Assembly (NCBI GenBank): GCA_016180525.1
Contig: JACPBB010000001.1
Location: forward strand, 75,320 to 139,319
DNA from: Parcubacteria group bacterium
GTDB lineage: Bacteria; Patescibacteriota; Minisyncoccia; Phycocordibacterales; UBA2135
Length of the DNA stretch: 64,000 nt
Direction: 5' to 3'
Part shown: positions 58,030 to 64,000 of the stretch, one piece after another
Layout: every line of letters begins with the position of its first letter
How positions within the stretch are numbered: the first letter of the stretch is position 1
Notes under the pieces: model-generated
Told to the model about the DNA's origin: nothing
Databases searched by the model: none
The model's input: the letters and a program-made list of their open reading frames with translations, nothing else
Translations under genes and position numbers: made by a program

Positions 58030-60675
58030 ATGCGCCTTGTCTTTGTCCGTTTTTTGCTTTTTATTGTCAGGCTCCTGCTGCCCCTTCATTACAGAATACG
58101 GATAAAAAATATTGAGGCCGTTAAGAATTTCAAGGGCGGGCTTATCATGCCGGACCACGTAGCTCTCATTGACCCCGTCATTTTGATGAGTCATGTGTGG
58201 AGATATACGAAAGCACGCCCTGTTGCATACACGGGACAGTTTGTGCAGCACCAACATGTCATGAAACTGATACGCGCATTGCCTATGGATAGCACGAGCG
58301 ACGGAGCAAGCGCGTGGAAAGTCTGGAAAATTAACAAACAAAAAAAAGCTGTGCAAGAAGCGCTCGCCTCAGGAGAAAATATTCTTATTTACCCGTCTGG
58401 ACAACTACGGGTCGGAGAATTTGAATCACTCGGTGGAAAAACTGCCACATTTGAACTCATGAAACAGAATCCGAATGCGCCAATTCTTTTAGTGCGCATC
58501 AGAGGACTGCGTGAAAGTCTCTTGTCACGGTTTTTCACGGATGGAGTACAAGTTCCCTCTTCAAAACATATGCTCGCGCTCATAAAGAAAAACTGGTGGA
58601 AACTCCTCACGCGTCGCGTGGAAGTTTCCCTAGAGTGCGAGCGGTTTGATACAGCCCCCTCTTTCCGAAATGCGCGAGAATGCAATGAATGGCTTGAGAA
58701 ATGGTATCATCAAACACCTGACCCTCTCATTTCCGGACGCGATACCTGGAATGTCGGCGGGTTTTCGTACAATGCACGCATAAGCGAACATGATAATACC
58801 CCGATTGACCCTTCAATTGATAAGAAAGTGCGCACGCATATTGCAAACGAAGCGAATAAAAAACCGGGAGACATACATCTTGACCAAGAACTTGTGAAGG
58901 ACCTGGGATTTGATTCACTTACGACTGCAACATTTTATTTCTGGATTGAAGAGCAATTTGGCCGCACAGTAGATATGAATGTTCCACTCCACACCGTCCG
59001 CGACGTAGTACTTGCGGCCTCAGGAGTATTCGGAGAAATATCTACTAAAGATGACTCTCCAGTACCTCCCCGCTGGATTGAGCATGGCCGAAAAACGCCT
59101 CTCTATCCAATTGAAGTGGAAAATATTCCGGCTGCATTTTTAAGTACCTTGCGGAGAATGGGACGAGGACGGATTGCGATGGGAGATGAGCGTGCAGGAA
59201 TTCTTACCTACGGACAAACCCTGGAGCGAGCCCTTATGCTCTCCGACATTCTGCGAGAACTTCCGGGTGAGTGCGTTGGCATCATGCTTCCCGCATCAGT
59301 CGCCGCGACCATTACTGGGCTTGCGGTAATGCTTTCGGGAAAAGTGCCTGCATTTCTCAACTGGACAAACGGACAATCTCCGCTTGATGAATCAATCCGC
59401 CTTGCTGAAATAAAAACAATTCTCACCTCTGACGCGTTCCTTGATAAAGCACAAGTGATGCTCTCGAATGAAACCGCACAGATCATCCTGCCACTTGAGG
59501 AGATGCGAAAGCGTATCGGCCTCTCTTCGCTTTTAAAAGCAAAAATACGTTCACGTCTTCCCACTTCTCTATTGTTTAGAATTCTGGGCCTACATCTTTC
59601 AAAAAAAGATGATGCCGTAATTTTATTCACGAGTGGCTCTGAAAAAGCACCAAAAGGCGTGCGCCTCACTCACGGCAACATTCTTTCAAACATTGACGGG
59701 GCGCTTGAAGCAATTGAGAGTACGAAAGACGACGTCATGCTTGGATTTCTGCCCCCGTTTCACTCATTCGGGCTTACCCTCATTGCGATGCTCTGCCTTG
59801 TGGGCGGAGTAAAAACCGCATTTGACGCTGACCCCAAAAAATATCGTCGACTTGCAAGGCAGGCTCGTAAATGGAGAGCAACGCTTATTCCGGGCACGCC
59901 TGATTTTCTAAGCGGAATCATATCCGCCGGAACACCGGATGATTTTAAAACCGTGCGAGCGTTTCTTGCGGGAGCGCAGAAAACACCGCAGTCGCTTCGC
60001 GATCGCGCACAAGAGCTTAGCGGAGTGGTGCTTGAGGGATACGGCATCACCGAAACAGGGCCGCTTGTCGCGGTGAACAGATTAGATGAGCCGGCGGTAG
60101 GAGTTGGCAGGCCGATCAAAAACACACATATATGCATTGTTCATCCGGAAACAAAAACATTTTGTGCGCACGGAACAGAGGGGTTGATTTTGGTGCGAGG
60201 GCCAGGCGTATCCGTCGGATACCTTGGAGAAGTTCCGTTCCCAAAAATTTATGCCGAAAACAGATTGTGGTACAACACGGGCGATCTCGGAATGTTGAGC
60301 TCTCGCGGAGAACTGATAATTACCGGACGATTATCGCTCTTTCTAAAATCAGGCGGCGAAATGATAAGTATTCCTGCAGTTGAAGAAGCACTCATAACTC
60401 GCTGGCCTTCAAATGAAAATGGACCCGTGCTTACAGTGCACGGAGAAGAGCGAGAGGGTGAAACCGCCATTTTGTGCCTATATACGAAAGATGAAACAAT
60501 TACCTGCGATGACGCGAACAAAGTTTTGAAAGAAGCGGGATTTAATCCGCTTTCGTATGTGCGCGTACGATGCGTACTTCCGGAAATTCCCCTTCTTGGA
60601 ACCGGTAAGACAAATCGCCGCGCGCTGCCGAAACCAACGGAAGTCCTCAAACTACAGAAGCAGGAAATTGTGTAG
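58030..60675 (+). CDS. Aas-like fusion: lysophospholipid acyltransferase + ACP + acyl-ACP synthetase
   Basis: DHVALID (HxxxxD), IYPSG; DLGFDSL (Ppant Ser); FTSGSEKAPKGV, EGYGITE, YNTGDLG, GEMIS, LGTGK. Confidence 0.88.
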   Translation: MRLVFVRFLLFIVRLLLPLHYRIRIKNIEAVKNFKGGLIMPDHVALIDPVILMSHVWRYTKARPVAYTGQFVQHQHVMKLIRALPMDSTSDGASAWKVWKINKQKKAVQEALASGENILIYPSGQLRVGEFESLGGKTATFELMKQNPNAPILLVRIRGLRESLLSRFFTDGVQVPSSKHMLALIKKNWWKLLTRRVEVSLECERFDTAPSFRNARECNEWLEKWYHQTPDPLISGRDTWNVGGFSYNARISEHDNTPIDPSIDKKVRTHIANEANKKPGDIHLDQELVKDLGFDSLTTATFYFWIEEQFGRTVDMNVPLHTVRDVVLAASGVFGEISTKDDSPVPPRWIEHGRKTPLYPIEVENIPAAFLSTLRRMGRGRIAMGDERAGILTYGQTLERALMLSDILRELPGECVGIMLPASVAATITGLAVMLSGKVPAFLNWTNGQSPLDESIRLAEIKTILTSDAFLDKAQVMLSNETAQIILPLEEMRKRIGLSSLLKAKIRSRLPTSLLFRILGLHLSKKDDAVILFTSGSEKAPKGVRLTHGNILSNIDGALEAIESTKDDVMLGFLPPFHSFGLTLIAMLCLVGGVKTAFDADPKKYRRLARQARKWRATLIPGTPDFLSGIISAGTPDDFKTVRAFLAGAQKTPQSLRDRAQELSGVVLEGYGITETGPLVAVNRLDEPAVGVGRPIKNTHICIVHPETKTFCAHGTEGLILVRGPGVSVGYLGEVPFPKIYAENRLWYNTGDLGMLSSRGELIITGRLSLFLKSGGEMISIPAVEEALITRWPSNENGPVLTVHGEEREGETAILCLYTKDETITCDDANKVLKEAGFNPLSYVRVRCVLPEIPLLGTGKTNRRALPKPTEVLKLQKQEIV

Positions 60676-60785
60676 CTTTTGTGCAAATCCCGACCAATGG
60701 TCGGGATTTTTTAAACCATTGACAAATCTTTTTTAATTAGTTATTATTTTACACAGAAAAACTAATTGAGAGGCGGGTTTACGCA

Positions 60786-61823
60786 ATGAGTCACGCGCAG
60801 AAAACTATTGATGTGCATTGTCATCTTCATCATTTTGGCGATGAAAAACACGGGTATGTTCATCCGCAGTTTATAAACGGAGTTCGTGCCCGTTATTTTA
60901 TGAGATCCATGGGTCTTATAACCGTTAAAGAAATGCTTGGTATGAAAAAGACAGACAAGGTACGTTTATCATATAAATATGCGCAACAACTAAAAGACAC
61001 GGCAGAAAATTCATCTCTAGACCATGTGGTAATACTTGCGCTCGACGGTGTCTATTCCGGCGGCATATCGTTTGATAAAGAGCAGACAACATTTTATGTT
61101 AGTAATGATCTGGTTTTTGAATTTATTGGTAATTCAAAAAAAATGAAATGTGGAGCTTCAATTAATCCAAGCCGCCCCGACTGGGAAGACGAGCTTGATA
61201 AAAGCGCCGAGCAGGGAGCGGTGCTCATTAAGTGGCTACCCTGTACTATGGGCTTTGACCCCTCTAATCCTCAATATATTCCATTCTATGAAAAACTGCT
61301 TCATTATAAACTGCCGCTTTTATCTCATGTTGGATTTGAATACGCCCTGAATAATATCAACCCACGCTTTTCTGACTTAGACCGATTGCAATTACCGCTC
61401 CAGATGGGAGTTACGATCATTGCCGCTCATTGCTGCGGCGGGCGTCCTTTTGTTGATAGCGAAAAAATGTTTCAGGAGATGAAAAAATATATGGAGCGCT
61501 ATCCAACACTGTATACTGATGTTTCTGCAATGGCTGTCGTAACCAGGAAGCATAGATTTAAAAAGTGCCTTGCTAACCCTATCATTAAGAAGCGGCTGAT
61601 ATACGGATCTGATTATCCTGTGCCCTATCAGTCCTGGGCATTTACTGCTGAGCTCAAGGATGCAAAGCTAGATATTCGCGATGTTCACAATTTTTTTGAC
61701 CGAGACATATTGATTAAAAAAGCATGTGGCCTTTCTCATGAACACCTTGCGGCGGGTACTGCACTTATGAGAATGCCCCCAGGACAACATGAACTATGTT
61801 CTCCAAAAGAAATCGTCCAGTAA
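60786..61823 (+). CDS. Amidohydrolase-2 family metal-dependent hydrolase
   Basis: IDVHCH, SINP, LLSHVG, IAAHC, YTDVSA, YGSDYP. Confidence 0.88.
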   Translation: MSHAQKTIDVHCHLHHFGDEKHGYVHPQFINGVRARYFMRSMGLITVKEMLGMKKTDKVRLSYKYAQQLKDTAENSSLDHVVILALDGVYSGGISFDKEQTTFYVSNDLVFEFIGNSKKMKCGASINPSRPDWEDELDKSAEQGAVLIKWLPCTMGFDPSNPQYIPFYEKLLHYKLPLLSHVGFEYALNNINPRFSDLDRLQLPLQMGVTIIAAHCCGGRPFVDSEKMFQEMKKYMERYPTLYTDVSAMAVVTRKHRFKKCLANPIIKKRLIYGSDYPVPYQSWAFTAELKDAKLDIRDVHNFFDRDILIKKACGLSHEHLAAGTALMRMPPGQHELCSPKEIVQ

Positions 61824-61974
61824 GGGATATCGTCCGTAGTCGTGAACGGTAGACGCTTTATATCCCGACCTTGTGTCGGGATTTTTTAATCTTCAGTTTT
61901 ACTTGACAAAAGATGGTTTTTATGCTTTTCTAAATCAAGATACCTCAACGACATTCCGAGAAGGAGCAGCATCC

Positions 61975-63492
61975 ATGAACGTGGGTTGTTTCCGCATTTT
62001 CGATCTGATCTTTAAATTTGGCGACTGGTTTTTAGCGCTCGTTGGGCACCATTACGCTGTTTTCCGCTGGTTTGTGAGATGGACACCAGCTCCGCTTATT
62101 CGTTATTCAAGCAGGCTTCGAGCATGGCGTGCGTACAAACACGCATCTCTTTTTGTACCCGCTTATAGAGAATTTTTAAAAGCCCGCGATTACTTACCGT
62201 GTGTAAAGCAATACGAACAGATTCCTGAAACCGATAAAGATAATTACATAAAAAAGTTTTCTACTGATGCGCGCTGTGTCAAGGGTGTGATTCCCTCTAC
62301 TAATATAGTCATAGACGAATCTTCCGGCAGTTCCGGCACGCCATATAATTGGGTGCGCTCGCTTGAAGAGCGGCGTGTAAGTCACTTACTTGTCAGCCAC
62401 TTCGCTCGTTTTTGCTTCGGTACACCATCCCGTCTCATCACCATCAACGCGTTCTCAATGGGCTCTTGGGCAACCGGGCTTAACATGGGACTCGCGCTTC
62501 AGAAGAATGGTCTTGTAAAAAATGTTGGGCCCGACATAGAGAAGATCCTTCACACGCTCCAATTCTTCGGCCCCTCCTATTCGTATCTTATCTGCGGGTA
62601 TCCCCCATTTCTCAAATACCTCATTGATGAAGCAGGCGCACGAAAGTTTCCACTTTCCGAATACGAGCTTTTAGGCCTCGTAGGCGGGGAAGGAATGTCG
62701 GAAGGACTGCGAGATTATCTCCTTGCGCGCTTTAAGAAGGTCTACAGCGGATATGGCGCAACTGACTTAGAAATCGGAATCGCCGGAGAATCGCCGATAT
62801 CGGTCGCTATACGCAGAGAGGCGCGAAACAATACCGCGCTGCGACACGCGCTATTTGGAGAAGATTCTCGCTTGCCGATGCTATTTCACTACAACCCCAT
62901 GATGCACCATATTGAGGTGAATGCAAACAAAGAACTAATTTTTACAATCACGCGCTTGAATGTATTATCTCCTCGTGTGAGATACAACATACATGACGAA
63001 GGCGGAGTTATGGATTTTGGTACCATGGTCTCAAAATGCAGAGACCAGGGGCTCGATCTTGCAGAGAAATTCGGTTCAGAATATGCTGCTATGCCACGCC
63101 TGCCATTCATGTGGATATATGGCCGTAAAGATTCAACCATCAGTGTCATGGGAGCAAACATTTATCCCGAAGACATTGAACAATGTCTCTATGCAGAGCC
63201 TGCGCTTGCGAAAATCACGAGGTCGTTCTGCATTGGACTCCACGAAGAGCAAAATCAGGAAGTGCGCCCATCTTTTTCATTCGAGATAGTGGGCAGCGAT
63301 ATTACAGAAAAACTCAAGGAGGAGTTTCAGCAGAAGATTCTTCGGCATCTCATCGCGCTTAACAAAGATTTCAAGGAGGCGTGGCACGAGCATAAAGCTA
63401 CGCTTATACCAACCATCAATTTGTGGCCCGAGCACGAGGGACCGTTCAAGCAAGACTCTAGCCGTATTAAACAAATTAGAGTGATAAAATAG
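61975..63492 (+). CDS. Phenylacetate-CoA ligase/F390 synthetase-like adenylate-forming enzyme
   Basis: DESSGSSGTP, GYPPF, GGEG, YGATD, RYNIHDEG, GR.D, GANIYP. Confidence 0.85.
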   Translation: MNVGCFRIFDLIFKFGDWFLALVGHHYAVFRWFVRWTPAPLIRYSSRLRAWRAYKHASLFVPAYREFLKARDYLPCVKQYEQIPETDKDNYIKKFSTDARCVKGVIPSTNIVIDESSGSSGTPYNWVRSLEERRVSHLLVSHFARFCFGTPSRLITINAFSMGSWATGLNMGLALQKNGLVKNVGPDIEKILHTLQFFGPSYSYLICGYPPFLKYLIDEAGARKFPLSEYELLGLVGGEGMSEGLRDYLLARFKKVYSGYGATDLEIGIAGESPISVAIRREARNNTALRHALFGEDSRLPMLFHYNPMMHHIEVNANKELIFTITRLNVLSPRVRYNIHDEGGVMDFGTMVSKCRDQGLDLAEKFGSEYAAMPRLPFMWIYGRKDSTISVMGANIYPEDIEQCLYAEPALAKITRSFCIGLHEEQNQEVRPSFSFEIVGSDITEKLKEEFQQKILRHLIALNKDFKEAWHEHKATLIPTINLWPEHEGPFKQDSSRIKQIRVIK

Positions 63493-63690
63493 AAAAAGTA
63501 CCCGTCTTAATTGGCGGGTTTTTTATTTCTACCTAATATACAATTAAATTAAGGTACAAAAGCCTGAATTTTATTTACTCACCCCATTAGTATAAAACGC
63601 CTTTTTTGATATAATAAGAATATAGAAAACGTATTGCCAAGCAGACGCGTGAAGGACTGTCTGCTTTTTCAATGCTCTTTTCTTTCTTTT

Positions 63691-64000
63691 ATGGCAGGAG
63701 AAATACAAAACACAAGTAGAATTCCGATAACACTTTCAAGAACCTTGGGGGTCGGGCGCGTGACACTCCTTGGTATTGGAGCGCTTCTCGGCGGAGGAAT
63801 TTTTACATTGATCGGACACGCGGCCGGACTTTCTGGAGGTGGGCTCGTGATCGCAATTCTTTTAGGAGCGCTTATTTCATTTTTAAATTTGAACGCGTAT
63901 GTCTCGCTTGCGACAACGTTTCCGCAAGCTGGCGGGGGTTACACATGGGTAAAAACAGGGCTCGGAAACCTCCAGGGATTTTTAAGCGGATGGTTTTCGT
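63691..64000 (+). CDS. APC-family amino acid permease, 5' part (runs off the window end)
   Basis: Manual translation: LSRTLG...GIGALLGGGIFTL.G.AAG...LATTFPQAGGGYTWV...GFLSGWF. Confidence 0.9.
   Translation, partial: MAGEIQNTSRIPITLSRTLGVGRVTLLGIGALLGGGIFTLIGHAAGLSGGGLVIAILLGALISFLNLNAYVSLATTFPQAGGGYTWVKTGLGNLQGFLSGWFS

Noticed and set aside
1-64000. Alternative genetic code (UGA=Gly)
   Set aside because: Conserved genes are full length under code 11, and TGA ends genes such as the holB-like gene and 41966-44638.

Overview
Bacterial chromosome segment (about 40% GC by eye, standard code 11). Gene content and style fit a Patescibacteria/CPR (Parcubacteria-like) genome, which is an inference. 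Bases 1-41 kb are mostly minus-strand housekeeping genes: prfA, rpmE, rplY, fba, mraZ-rsmH-ftsL-ftsI-murF, lysS, greA, mreB-mreC-mreD-mrdA, proS, rseP, frr, holB, a second mreB, murA, priA, def, fmt and hpf. These are interrupted by single accessory genes and nested REP-like palindromes. After tRNA-Asn (41706-41777) comes an accessory region with a nuclease-NTPase-S1 protein, a QueC-like protein, TspO, a DUF6884-like protein, an IR-flanked GIY-YIG gene, many promoter-gene-terminator cassettes, and an acyltransferase-ACP-acyl ligase. The most striking unexplained signal is a run of three GC-rich, highly structured, apparently non-coding transcription units between def and fmt (37081-37847). Other signals are structured 5' leaders, direct-repeat-flanked cassettes with att-like remnants, and a double-His-domain PEP-synthase-like gene inside the mre operon. 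All folds and family assignments were made by eye; no searches were run.
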